This document shows positions 8,960 through 18,413 of a DNA stretch of 64,000 nucleotides, one piece after another. The number at the start of each line of letters is the position of its first letter. Position 1 is the stretch's first letter. Under the pieces are notes generated by a model. That model saw only the letters and a list, made by a program, of their open reading frames with translations, was not told the DNA's origin and did no database searches. Location of the stretch: contig CAWGAA010000001.1 in NCBI GenBank assembly GCA_963820525.1, forward strand, positions 1,280,001-1,344,000, in the 5' to 3' direction. Origin of the DNA: an uncultured Spirochaetota bacterium (GTDB lineage: Bacteria; Spirochaetota; Spirochaetia; SZUA-6; Fen-1364). Both the position numbers and the translations under genes were made by a program.

Positions 8960-10801
8960 ATGGAAAACGGAACTCTCCCGGCAGGTTCGACAAAGTGGCT
9001 CTCGAAGTCCGACTTCTTGGTGGCACGAAGCTGCCCAGGAAAGCTCTACTTCAAGAAACACGCGTTCCCAAGCGTAGTTGAGCAAGACGACTACATGGAG
9101 ATGCTCGCTGACGGCGGCTTCATGATCGAGAAGATGGCCCAACTCTGCTACCCCGAAGGAATCGAGATCGGCGGGACCAATGAGGAAGCCCTCAAGGAGA
9201 CCGAACAACTCCTACAGCGAGACTCCGTGACTATGTTTCAGCCTGCCTTTTTCTCCAAGGGCAAGTTTGTCCGCATCGACATCCTTAGAAAGAATGGAAC
9301 AAAACTCGAACTGATTGAGGTCAAATCAAAATCCTTTGACTCTGCCAAGTTTGACGAATATGGCAGGGATGCGGCGAGGTACTTCGAGAAGAGTGAATGG
9401 ACCGCCTACATCGAGGACGTGGCGTTCCAGAAGCATGTCCTAAAAGAAGGGTTTCCGGAGGCTCAAATCGAGGCATATCTCCTTCTACCTGACAAGGCCA
9501 AGAAGACAGCGGTAGAGGGAATGATCGGCTGGTTCAAGCTGTTCAAGGATGCTGGCGCTTCGGGATCTTGGAGACCAAAGGTCGAGTTTACCGGCGATTC
9601 TGACCTGGTGCGTAAGAACAGCTTTCTCACCCTTGTTGATGTAGATGAGATCGTTGACCGAACGATCTCACTGATTCTTGATGACATCGATCTCTACGCC
9701 TCAGCCATCTCAAGTGACGAGCGACTGAAGGCTGCCGTATCGATCAAGTGCCGAGACTGCGAGTACAAGGACGTCGATGAAGAACATCCGAAGAGCGGTT
9801 TCGCGCTGTGCTGGGGAAATCGCGCCGAGGTGTCTCCCCATATCTTGGCGCTCGGTCAGCTTGGCAACATCAACAAGAGCAAGGATTGCATCAACAAGCT
9901 CATCGCGGAGGGCAAATCGAGCGTCTACGACGTTCCGCAGAGCCTGGTGAGAGACAAGTACAACAACAGACCCTTCTACCAGGTTGCCAAGAAGGATGAG
10001 TTCTTGCTGCCCGAGTTTGGCGAGATCCTCAAGAGCATCGAGTACCCACTGCATTTCGTTGATTTCGAGACCTCTCAGATGGCGATGCCGTACCACGCAG
10101 GGATGCGACCATACCAGCGCGTGCTCTTCCAGTGGAGTTGCCACACCATCGATGAACCAGGCAAGACGCCGACGCACGCCGAGTGGATCAACACAAGGGA
10201 CGTCTGCCCCAACGTGGAGTTTGGAGACAGCCTTGTTCGTTGTCTTGGAGATCGAGGATCGATCCTAACGTGGAGTCCTTACGAGAACACTCAACTCCGT
10301 TACCTACTCGACTTCATCGAGGAGAACGGAATAGACAATCCAGGACTGCTTGGTTGGCTGCAGGCGACAGTTGCGACCAAAGAAAACGACCCCGGACGAA
10401 TCGTCGATTTGAACAAGGTGGCCATCAAGTGCTACTTCCATCCCCTGATGGGCGCCAGGACTTCAATCAAGGTCACCTTGCCCGCCGTCCTGAGTTCAGC
10501 GAAATCTGAAAGGATCAAAGACCTCCTGAGACCCGAGAGTCTCCTGCAACTCGACGAGAGCGGCGGGCTACAAGATCCCTATTCACTCTTGCCACCGTTT
10601 GAGATTTATGGGCAATCAGAGAACGTGCAAAATGGCACCGGCGCAATGAGAGCGTACCAAGAGATGCTCTACGGGGATGTCAGTTCGGATCAGGCCGCAA
10701 GGCTTGAGTATGAAAATGCACTCCTTCGGTACTGCAGGGTTGATACGCTCGCAATGGTTCTCATTTGGGAGCACTGGCTGCATTTGCACAACGCCGCCTG
10801 A
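8960..10801 (+). CDS. DUF2779-type protein (PD-(D/E)XK nuclease-like N-terminus plus RNase H-like/DEDD C-terminus)
   Basis: LSKSDF..CP.KLY, RIDIL..LIEVKSK, CRDCEY, YPLHFVDFET, FQWSCH, SIKVTLPA, LRYCRVDTLAM. Confidence 0.8.
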   Translation: MENGTLPAGSTKWLSKSDFLVARSCPGKLYFKKHAFPSVVEQDDYMEMLADGGFMIEKMAQLCYPEGIEIGGTNEEALKETEQLLQRDSVTMFQPAFFSKGKFVRIDILRKNGTKLELIEVKSKSFDSAKFDEYGRDAARYFEKSEWTAYIEDVAFQKHVLKEGFPEAQIEAYLLLPDKAKKTAVEGMIGWFKLFKDAGASGSWRPKVEFTGDSDLVRKNSFLTLVDVDEIVDRTISLILDDIDLYASAISSDERLKAAVSIKCRDCEYKDVDEEHPKSGFALCWGNRAEVSPHILALGQLGNINKSKDCINKLIAEGKSSVYDVPQSLVRDKYNNRPFYQVAKKDEFLLPEFGEILKSIEYPLHFVDFETSQMAMPYHAGMRPYQRVLFQWSCHTIDEPGKTPTHAEWINTRDVCPNVEFGDSLVRCLGDRGSILTWSPYENTQLRYLLDFIEENGIDNPGLLGWLQATVATKENDPGRIVDLNKVAIKCYFHPLMGARTSIKVTLPAVLSSAKSERIKDLLRPESLLQLDESGGLQDPYSLLPPFEIYGQSENVQNGTGAMRAYQEMLYGDVSSDQAARLEYENALLRYCRVDTLAMVLIWEHWLHLHNAA

Positions 10802-10881
10802 ATAGAGCGCTTTTGGGGCGACTGCACCGACGCCTCTTGCGCCTGGCATGCCCTTTCTCCGCAAAAGTGAGGACGTTTATG
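10797..10881 (+). other. Degenerate integron attC-like site
   Basis: CCTGAAT-spacer-CGCTTTTG...CAAAAGTG-AGGAC-GTTTATG. Spans the DUF2779 stop and the ATG of the next gene. Confidence 0.35.
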
Positions 10882-11328
10882 TCGTTGGGAAGATGGTCGT
10901 GGGTCATTAGAATAGGATTCTTTAACTTCATAAAAAGAGTTCGTGTTCTGCTGATAAAGTACATCAAGTACCAAACGGTTTATCTAAAGAAACCTGACTA
11001 TGAACGGGCAAAGGGAACCCCACAGTTTCTTGCTGCTCTTCAGCTAGGAAGGATCGTCAATTCAATTAGTTCGTGTCAGAGGACGTATCTCAAAGTCATT
11101 GATAAGGGCAAACTAACCCAAACCAAAGATCAGATGGAACAACTATTTACCCTTGCTTCCTACGTGTATGAAGGCGTAAAGGAGTTCTTTCGAAGAGAGA
11201 AGGATCTGGCGCACCTACGAGCTTGGAGAGGTCACAGAGCCGAAATTAGGTTTCTCAAGAAGGAAAGTAACCGTCAAATAAACCCCACCCCTGAATTCGG
11301 ACGCCGAGGGGGTGCGCTCCTGCTTTAT

Positions 11329-12975
11329 TCAGAACAAATGACCGGAATCAAAGTTCAGCAGAGACTCGCGTGGAACATTCCAGGGAAGCAGCTCACGATA
11401 ATCCTCAGGGTTGTCGCTCTCAGGAAGCCGCGAGAGAATGTAGCGAAGATATAGGTAGGGCTCCACGCCGTTCAGTTTGGCCGTCTCGATGATACTGTAC
11501 CACCCCGCACTGGCTTCGGCGCCCGCGGGGCTCCCAGATAGCATCCAATTTTTTCTTCCCACCACAAACGGCCGTATCGCCTGCTCGACCGCGTTATTAC
11601 TCGGACCCAAATCGGGACTGTCCAGGTACCGAATCATCTTGGGCCACTGCTCGATGGTGTAGGCGATCGCTTTGCCCAGAAGCAGAGACGGGGGAACCTG
11701 CCCCTGACGCTTGTGAAGCCACGCCTTGAGCTTTTCCAACACGGGTTCGGCCTGCTCTCGCCGTTGGCGGACGAACTCCTGCGGTGAAAGCTCTTGAGCT
11801 CTTAAGGTCCGCTCGATCCTGAACAGAGCATCGATTCGTGCCAGGGCCTCATCGACACTTCCCGCCTGCTTGGATGCCTCCTTGGCCTCGAAGAACTTTC
11901 TACGCGAGTGCGCCCAACAGGTCGCGTGAATGACTCCGGGTTGGCTTCCCACTTCGTTATATCCGTCATAGCCATCAGTCTGGATGAAGCCGTTGTAACC
12001 CCGCAGAGCCTCAAGGGGAACCTTACCGGATCGTGTGGGATGATACTGAAACTCAACCACGGGTCTTTTCGGACTGCCTCCCAGGAACACCCACATATAC
12101 GACTTTGAAGTATTGGGGCGATCCGGCTCCCCCATCACCTGAAGGGTCGTCTCGTCGATTCCTACATGCGGGCCTCTTCGAATCTCTGCTCGAAGTAGCT
12201 CGATAACCGGCGCAAGCCTATGGAATACCGCGATGCTCCAGTTGGCCATGTCCTGGCGGCTGATATCTACTCCGATGCGCTGAAACTGCTTCTCTTGGCG
12301 GTAGAACGGCAGGGCGTCGCAGAACTTCGCCGTCATTATGTAGGCCACCAGTGCCGGTGAGGCGATGCTCTTGGGAAGAAGCTGCCTCACCGCCGGGGCG
12401 ATCCGCACCGCGGGACGGTCCTCATCCCCGGAGCCTTCGCAGGCCTTGCAGGCGTACTGGGGTCTCAGGTGCCGCCGTACCCGTATCTGGGGCGGGATGA
12501 CCTCAAGTTTCTCGAGGCTTTCCTCTCCGATACGTGTAAGCTCCTGTCCGCAGGCACATTTCTTGTCTTCTTCACTTATGTCGTGGACCATCTCCACACG
12601 GGGAAGCTCAGGCGGCAGCGGCTTTCTGCCCCGCTTCACCCGCGTGTGCGCCCTTACCTCAATGCGCTCCTCGGCGGCAGGCTCCTGTTGTTGGCTGAAT
12701 ACGATATCCTCCGCCTCGTTGAAAAGAAGAAGCTGCTTTTGCTCCTCCTCGGATAGCTTCTCGGCGCTGCGGCCAAAGAGCTTGCGCCGCAGAAGCTGCA
12801 GCTCTTCGAAATGCTCTATGGCCTTGTTTTGGTGCTCGATTCGTTCGCTGCGCTCCTTCTCCAACTCGGCCTGCAGTCGAGCGAGCTCTTCATCGTGCTC
12901 CCTGACAATCCGTCGAACCAGCTCGTGCAGCTGTTCGACGTTGTTCGGTAGTTCTCCCAGTTTTTCGTTCACCAC
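11329..12975 (-). CDS. tnpC: IS66 transposase TnpC
   Basis: FGRSAEK, Zn finger CACG..CKAC, LPFYRQ, IDETTL, QTDGY, CWAHSRRKF, SNNAVEQAIR. Confidence 0.95.
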   Translation of the reverse strand: MVNEKLGELPNNVEQLHELVRRIVREHDEELARLQAELEKERSERIEHQNKAIEHFEELQLLRRKLFGRSAEKLSEEEQKQLLLFNEAEDIVFSQQQEPAAEERIEVRAHTRVKRGRKPLPPELPRVEMVHDISEEDKKCACGQELTRIGEESLEKLEVIPPQIRVRRHLRPQYACKACEGSGDEDRPAVRIAPAVRQLLPKSIASPALVAYIMTAKFCDALPFYRQEKQFQRIGVDISRQDMANWSIAVFHRLAPVIELLRAEIRRGPHVGIDETTLQVMGEPDRPNTSKSYMWVFLGGSPKRPVVEFQYHPTRSGKVPLEALRGYNGFIQTDGYDGYNEVGSQPGVIHATCWAHSRRKFFEAKEASKQAGSVDEALARIDALFRIERTLRAQELSPQEFVRQRREQAEPVLEKLKAWLHKRQGQVPPSLLLGKAIAYTIEQWPKMIRYLDSPDLGPSNNAVEQAIRPFVVGRKNWMLSGSPAGAEASAGWYSIIETAKLNGVEPYLYLRYILSRLPESDNPEDYRELLPWNVPRESLLNFDSGHLF

Positions 12976-12997
12976 ATGAGAATACCATGATGGGGCC

Positions 12998-13363
12998 TTA
13001 AAATCTAGATGTTTTTATACGACCGCGGTATACGCGAGGCTCTGGTGCGCGTTCCAGAAGTCGATTCCCGAAAGCAGCATCCGAAGCTGCTCCAAGCTGA
13101 TCTCCCGCGCTGCCTCTTCCGTTCTTGGCCAGGGGAAGCGATCCCGCTCCAGCCTTTTCTGCCACATGCAGAACCCGTTTCGATCCCAGTACAGGCACCT
13201 TCAGGAGACGTTTCTCATGATTGCTGAAAAGGTAGAGGTGTCCGGAAAGCGGATCTTTGCCCATCGCCGTCTGTACCAGGATGGCCAGTCCGTTTATCTG
13301 TTTTCTCAAATCCGTCGCGCCCGGACGAACAAATATCTTGACGTTGCTCCATTCAATGAACAT
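12998..13363 (-). CDS. tnpB: IS66 accessory protein TnpB (frameshifted near 13195)
   Basis: TDLRKQINGL..DPLSGHLYLF. The YWDRNGF continuation lies in another frame. Confidence 0.85.
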   Translation of the reverse strand: MFIEWSNVKIFVRPGATDLRKQINGLAILVQTAMGKDPLSGHLYLFSNHEKRLLKVPVLGSKRVLHVAEKAGAGSLPLAKNGRGSAGDQLGAASDAAFGNRLLERAPEPRVYRGRIKTSRF

Positions 13364-13694
13364 CAGCCGTCTCCCGCATCACGCGCAGCACTCTGCGCAG
13401 AAGCTCCTCGCCGATGTTTCCATACAGTTCAATATCTCCATCTCTGCTTACTCTCACGCGCGCCTGCTCCGCAGCATCCAGGGCTTGGGATGTGTCGCGG
13501 ATTCCTACAAATGACAATCCGTCGGCGGAGCCGCGCAATCGCTTCACCCATCGCCTCAGGGATTCGTAGGGTATCCCTTGTTCCTGGCACCATGCCTTTC
13601 TCGTCTTCCCGCTTGATCGCCACGCGGTGATGAGCTCGCTCCATTTCTCTGCGTTTCTGCGTGGTTGTTTTCGATTCTCCTGTCTTGACTCCAT
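13353..13694 (-). CDS. tnpA: IS66 accessory protein TnpA (HTH)
   Basis: W..LITAWRSSGKTRKAWCQEQGI..LRRW. Confidence 0.85.
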   Translation of the reverse strand: MESRQENRKQPRRNAEKWSELITAWRSSGKTRKAWCQEQGIPYESLRRWVKRLRGSADGLSFVGIRDTSQALDAAEQARVRVSRDGDIELYGNIGEELLRRVLRVMRETADVH

Positions 13695-14178
13695 CTACGG
13701 CCTCCTGATTCCCTGAATTGAGTGGGCTCAGGATCGCGGCTTTTTATGCCGGCCGCAAGGTGGGGTTTATTTGACGGTTACGAAGGAAAAGGATCAGGGT
13801 AGGGCCTATTGGGTGATGTTGAATAACATCAGAAACCAAGTAATGTTCCACTTCCTGCCACAGGCAATAGAAACAACCATAGAGGCCATGGTTGTCGGTG
13901 AAGAGATCAAATTTGCCGTTGGACGAACGGCGAAGAGAGAGGACACCGTTTATATGTTTGGAGATGATATTCTGCTTAAATATGTATTTGACCGACAGGG
14001 TATAGATGGGGTGACGATAGACGAGAAGATCAATGGACTAATGAACTATGTCCTTCTACTGTCAAATACACTCAGAGGGATAATTAACTCACTACTTCTT
14101 GAAATGCTCAAGTCCTTCAGGGCAAATCTCAAACGAGCAGCACTTGAATAGGAAATAGTAGGACTCAAGAGAGAGGAC

Positions 14179-15105
14179 GTGAAGGTGGAGACTGCATATC
14201 CGTATCAGAAAGTAGGTTCACTGGAGGACTTCATCAAGTACGTCTCGCTCTATGCGGAGATGTGGGGAGGTTCCCGTGGCCTAATAAGACCTTGGTTCCG
14301 AGGCCAGCCAAACCAAGGGGACGATCCAATTCCAAAGATATTCCGACCTTACACCAAGGGCGGCTTGCTAAGGTACTCCCTAAATGACGAGTTCTGGATG
14401 GTTACTTCGTTTAGAAATAAAGCCCCGTCGATAGAAGTAACCCCGGAAACGGATAGGCTCGACAAATGGCTCTTTCTCATGCAGCATCATGGCCTACCGA
14501 CGCGACTACTGGATTGGACCGAGAGTTCACTAATAGCCCTGTATTTTGCGGTTCGAGGGCCCTCTGATGCCGACGCAGGACTGTGGATGCTGCATCCGAT
14601 AAAGTTGAATGTGATGACCACTTGGGGACAAAGCGTGGCAGAGCGGGAAGAGATTTTTGTCGTGGATAACTACCCAAACACATGGGCTACCGGAAAGGTC
14701 GGTTCAGCGAACTTTGAGTACTGTTTCAATGGGATAAGCGTCGAGCAGATCATATATGGCAAGAAGCAAAAGGGAAATACCTGGTATAGGTTCAATGCAG
14801 AGGGAAAGGATCAGGTGTTTATAACGACCTTCCCGCTGGCCATACAACCAAGCTACATTCATCGAAGAATGATAGCGCAGAGAAGTGTGTTTACGATCCA
14901 TGGCGCCCTTGAAAAAGGCTTTGAGGCGATATTCAGCGAGGGCGGTCCTAAGACGATGGACTTCTTGCGGAAAATAGTAATTCCCAATGCGGCAAGAAGA
15001 GCTATCTTGAGTCAACTAAGAACCAGCGGATTTGTGCCAACTGCTCTATTTCCGGATTTGGACAGGCTGTCGGAGGAAGTCGCTGGCGACTTTCGAGCGG
15101 AGTAG
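14179..15105 (+). CDS. FRG domain protein
   Basis: WFRGQ, MQHHGLPTRLLDWTES.L.ALYFA, R..AQ.S.FT, LFPDL. Confidence 0.93.
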   Translation: MKVETAYPYQKVGSLEDFIKYVSLYAEMWGGSRGLIRPWFRGQPNQGDDPIPKIFRPYTKGGLLRYSLNDEFWMVTSFRNKAPSIEVTPETDRLDKWLFLMQHHGLPTRLLDWTESSLIALYFAVRGPSDADAGLWMLHPIKLNVMTTWGQSVAEREEIFVVDNYPNTWATGKVGSANFEYCFNGISVEQIIYGKKQKGNTWYRFNAEGKDQVFITTFPLAIQPSYIHRRMIAQRSVFTIHGALEKGFEAIFSEGGPKTMDFLRKIVIPNAARRAILSQLRTSGFVPTALFPDLDRLSEEVAGDFRAE

Positions 15106-15356
15106 GAACTTCGCATGAACGACCTTACCCGGACTGCTGCACCCGAACGAAGTTGCTAGCCGCTATCGTTTTCATTCTCGCAGATTGCTTCAGGTGGTGG
15201 CGCGGTTAAGAGTCACTGGCATTCCCTTATCTGGTTGCGAAGCCGCGCAGATAGACAACTTCTCCCAACCAAGGTAATGGTGAAGGGAAGGTTAGGCGAT
15301 GACCAGTCATCGAACAGTGGGAGAGAGCTTCTCGGAGGTTGGGTGAAGCACTGAGC

Positions 15357-15718
15357 ATGAGCATAGAAACGCTGCGAGTAGAAATTGAGGCCATTCTGAA
15401 GGCGGAGGGAATCACCGTCCTCTATGATGTCGTACAATCTAAGCCGGGTGAGTTCGCCGAGGGGGAGTACCGACCGGGCACAAAGACAGTGGTCATCGAT
15501 CAGGACCTCGCAGGCTATCCGGACGAGCCTCTCACAATTGCACACGAGATCGGCCATCATTTCGACCTTCTTCAGGACGGAATCCATCGACACCCGCAGA
15601 CGAACGAGAGCGGCGAGCGGATGCGTTCATGGTTCGCCTCGCCGAAAAGCACAAACTCGGAGAGCACGCCAAGAGGATTGCCAACTATCACCGTCCGGGG
15701 TCCTATCCCGACAGATAG
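15357..15718 (+). CDS. ImmA/IrrE-family Zn metallopeptidase (frameshift near 15595)
   Basis: TIAHEIGHH (HExxH). The shifted frame gives ERRADAF, the family E..A..F motif, ending at TAG 15718. Confidence 0.7.
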
Positions 15719-15834
15719 ACGACGGGAGTGACAAGGACAGGTGGCGACCCGCCAGTTCAGATGCGCCAAATGTGCCGACATTGGGAGAGGAGTGCCTGCA
15801 TAGGAACGAGAATCCAGCATGGTCGAGGCAATCA

Positions 15835-16929
15835 ATGAAAAATGACTTTCATGATGTTCCTTTCAGCGAATCTACCAAGGTGAAGCTTGCTCTCTTCAAA
15901 GGGTACTTCACAGAGTGGCTACCGACTTTTCTCCATCGAAGACCTCAGCCCTCCAAGATCAACGTCGTAGATTTCTTTTCAGGCCCTGGCGAAGACGTTG
16001 AACACGCTCCGGGAAGTCCCCAACTAATACTGGAGCAGATGAGAATATTTAAGAATCAGATGGGAGCATGGAAAGGCAAGCTGCATGTGCTCTTCAACGA
16101 CTCGCATCGAAGTAAAGTCGAGAAGCTGAGAGAACTGTTGGACCGGCGTTTTTCGGATGTCCTGAGCTATGTTGACGTCGAAATCCGCAACGAGGAATTC
16201 GAAGACCTCTTTGACGAACTGCGACCAAAATTCGCCGAAACAGATGCGGCAAACCTTCTCTTCGTCGACCAGTCTGGACTCAGCGAAATGCCAATAAAGA
16301 CTTTCCTGAGTATCGTGGCTCTTGATAGGACCGACCTCCTGTTCTTCATTTCCTCTTCAACAGTTGTCCGATTCCACGACCTCGAAGAGATCAAGAGGCT
16401 TCTGCCGATTCCTGAAGGGCTGATACATACAACAGAGTACTGCCGGATCCACAAGCTCGTGAGAGCGTACTATCAATCACAAGTACCTGCTGGCAGAGAA
16501 TACTACATGTCCGATTTCTCCCTCAAGAAAGATGCCAACATCTATGGGGTGATATTCGGCTCGAACCACCTGCGTGGGTTGGACAAGTTTGTCAGAACAT
16601 GTTGGAAATTAGATGAAAAAACAGGCCAGGCAAACTACGATATCGACCGGGAGAACATTGACGATTCTGTCCCGTACTTGATCCAACCGGTCCCGAAAAA
16701 GGTATCGCTCTACCAAGATGCTCTCGCTTTGCTGATCAAAAATGGGACTCTACACTCAAACAGAGACGTCATAGTGCATTATCTAACGAACGGGATGTTG
16801 TGCTCGCACGCAAAACCTGTTCTCGCCAAACTCAGAGCAGAAGGTGTCATTGAAAAAGCTGTTCCGATTTCATACACTTTGGCAGCAGGCAAAAGCGATC
16901 GGCAAGCAATAGTACTCAAGAAGGGATAG
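15835..16929 (+). CDS. tcmP: Three-Cys-motif partner protein TcmP (methyltransferase-like)
   Basis: K..L..Y..W, VDFFSGPG, GSP, LFVDQ. Directly upstream of DUF5131. Confidence 0.85.
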   Translation: MKNDFHDVPFSESTKVKLALFKGYFTEWLPTFLHRRPQPSKINVVDFFSGPGEDVEHAPGSPQLILEQMRIFKNQMGAWKGKLHVLFNDSHRSKVEKLRELLDRRFSDVLSYVDVEIRNEEFEDLFDELRPKFAETDAANLLFVDQSGLSEMPIKTFLSIVALDRTDLLFFISSSTVVRFHDLEEIKRLLPIPEGLIHTTEYCRIHKLVRAYYQSQVPAGREYYMSDFSLKKDANIYGVIFGSNHLRGLDKFVRTCWKLDEKTGQANYDIDRENIDDSVPYLIQPVPKKVSLYQDALALLIKNGTLHSNRDVIVHYLTNGMLCSHAKPVLAKLRAEGVIEKAVPISYTLAAGKSDRQAIVLKKG

Positions 16930-16932
16930 GAC

Positions 16933-17670
16933 ATGAATCGGACGAAGATCGAGTGGACCGAGTCGACCTGGAATCCGATTACCGGTTGTGATCGCATCTC
17001 CAACGGTTGCGACCACTGCTATGCTGAGAGAATGGCGGCCAGGTTGAAGGCAATGGGCAGCAACCGGTACCGCAATGGATTTGACTTGACGATTCACGAA
17101 GATCTCTTCGATGCCCCACTGCACTGGAAACAACCTCGGGTGATCTTCGTCAACTCTATGTCCGACCTTTTCCACGAGTCCATTCCACCAGCGGCTGTCA
17201 TGAAGATCTTCGCCACCATGAACAAGGCGTTATGGCACACTTTTCAGATTCTCACAAAACGTCCGATGCACACGCTGAGCCTGCTCGACAGCCTGGTCTG
17301 GACGCCGAACATCTGGATGGGCGTGAGTGTGGAGTCCTATCGATACACGCACAGGATCGAGGCGTTACGCAGGATCCCCGCCGAAGTTCGTTTCGTTTCT
17401 TTCGAACCCTTGCTATCAGCAATACCCGCAAATACATCGCTTGAACGCATTCAATGGGCGATCATTGGTGGTGAGTCTGGACCTGGCGCAAGGCCAATGC
17501 AGCCCGAGTGGGCGACAGAGTTGCGGAAGCTTTGCAGGCAGTACGGAACGGCGTTCTTCTTCAAGCAGTGGGGTGGCGTCAACAAGAAGGCAGCGGGTCG
17601 CATCCTCGAAGGCAGAACCTGGGACGAGATGCCGACGAATCTTGACAGGGTACAACAGCTCGCGCTGTAG
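16933..17670 (+). CDS. Phage Gp37/Gp68 family (DUF5131) radical-SAM-like protein
   Basis: IEWTESTWNPITGCDRISNGCDHCYA, FVNSMSDLFH, GGESG, FFFKQWGG. Confidence 0.95.
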   Translation: MNRTKIEWTESTWNPITGCDRISNGCDHCYAERMAARLKAMGSNRYRNGFDLTIHEDLFDAPLHWKQPRVIFVNSMSDLFHESIPPAAVMKIFATMNKALWHTFQILTKRPMHTLSLLDSLVWTPNIWMGVSVESYRYTHRIEALRRIPAEVRFVSFEPLLSAIPANTSLERIQWAIIGGESGPGARPMQPEWATELRKLCRQYGTAFFFKQWGGVNKKAAGRILEGRTWDEMPTNLDRVQQLAL

Positions 17671-17765
17671 GGCTGCTCTTGAGCGCCGAATTCTTTCGTT
17701 CCGTGTTTCGCCGCTCTCGGCTACTGCCCTTTCCAAGTCTACTTCGCGGAGGCCAAAAGTCAAAA

Positions 17766-18344
17766 TCAATCGCGAACGACTTCGCTAAGCCAAGCCTTCA
17801 CTGGATCGCCTTCCTGGTTCGTTTCTAAAATCGCAGCCCGAATGTCTTGGACTTGCCATCCTCTGTTGAACGCCTGGCGTATCTCGGCCTTGCTGACCCT
17901 TCGTGGACCGAGGTCCCCAGGCTGTAGGTCGCTGAAACACAAAAGCACTAGCTTGTTGCCTGACTTCGTCACCGAGGTGAGACTCGATACATAACGTTCC
18001 CTGTCAGGATCGGAAAACACATGGAAAAGCCCGCAATCGATCACGGTATCGAATGTGCGTTCGAGACCTCCGAGGTCCAAGGCGTCGACTGCCAAGAACT
18101 TGACCGCGATGCCTCTGTCCTTCGCCTTGGCTTCTGCCTTGCGAATAGCGTTTGGCGAGGCATCGATGCCCCACACCTTGTAACCCCGGCTAGCGAGGTA
18201 CAGAGCATTCTCCCCCGTGCCACAGCCGCAGTCCAGGACAGAGCCGCTAAAGGCGCCCATCTGTTCCAACCGAACGATCTCTTCTTGAGGCTTGCCAATG
18301 TCCCAGGGAGGAATGCTGAGATAAGCGGAATCGAATCCCTTCAT
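17766..18344 (-). CDS. Class I SAM-dependent methyltransferase
   Basis: PPWDIGKPQ, VLDCGCGTG, FDTVIDCGLFH. Confidence 0.9.
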   Translation of the reverse strand: MKGFDSAYLSIPPWDIGKPQEEIVRLEQMGAFSGSVLDCGCGTGENALYLASRGYKVWGIDASPNAIRKAEAKAKDRGIAVKFLAVDALDLGGLERTFDTVIDCGLFHVFSDPDRERYVSSLTSVTKSGNKLVLLCFSDLQPGDLGPRRVSKAEIRQAFNRGWQVQDIRAAILETNQEGDPVKAWLSEVVRD

Positions 18345-18413
18345 AGCGTCAATGTCTACATGAGGGGATGCCGGGGGCAACCATCGCATTCAGTTTGGAG
18401 GTCATTTTGCTCG

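Larger units (their letters stand above)
11267..13781 (-). mobile_element. IS66-family element, complete
   Basis: Perfect 23-bp IR GTAACCGTCAAATAAACCCCACC. 8-bp target duplication GAAGGAAA (11259-66 and 13782-89). tnpA, tnpB, tnpC present. Confidence 0.97.
10879..14151 (+). pseudogene. Hypothetical HEPN-motif protein split by IS66 (parts 10879-11266 and 13790-14151)
   Basis: Removing the IS and one target duplicate rejoins the frame: ..FLKKE|KDQGRAYWVMLNNIRNQVMFH.. with an R-N-x4-H motif. Confidence 0.7.
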
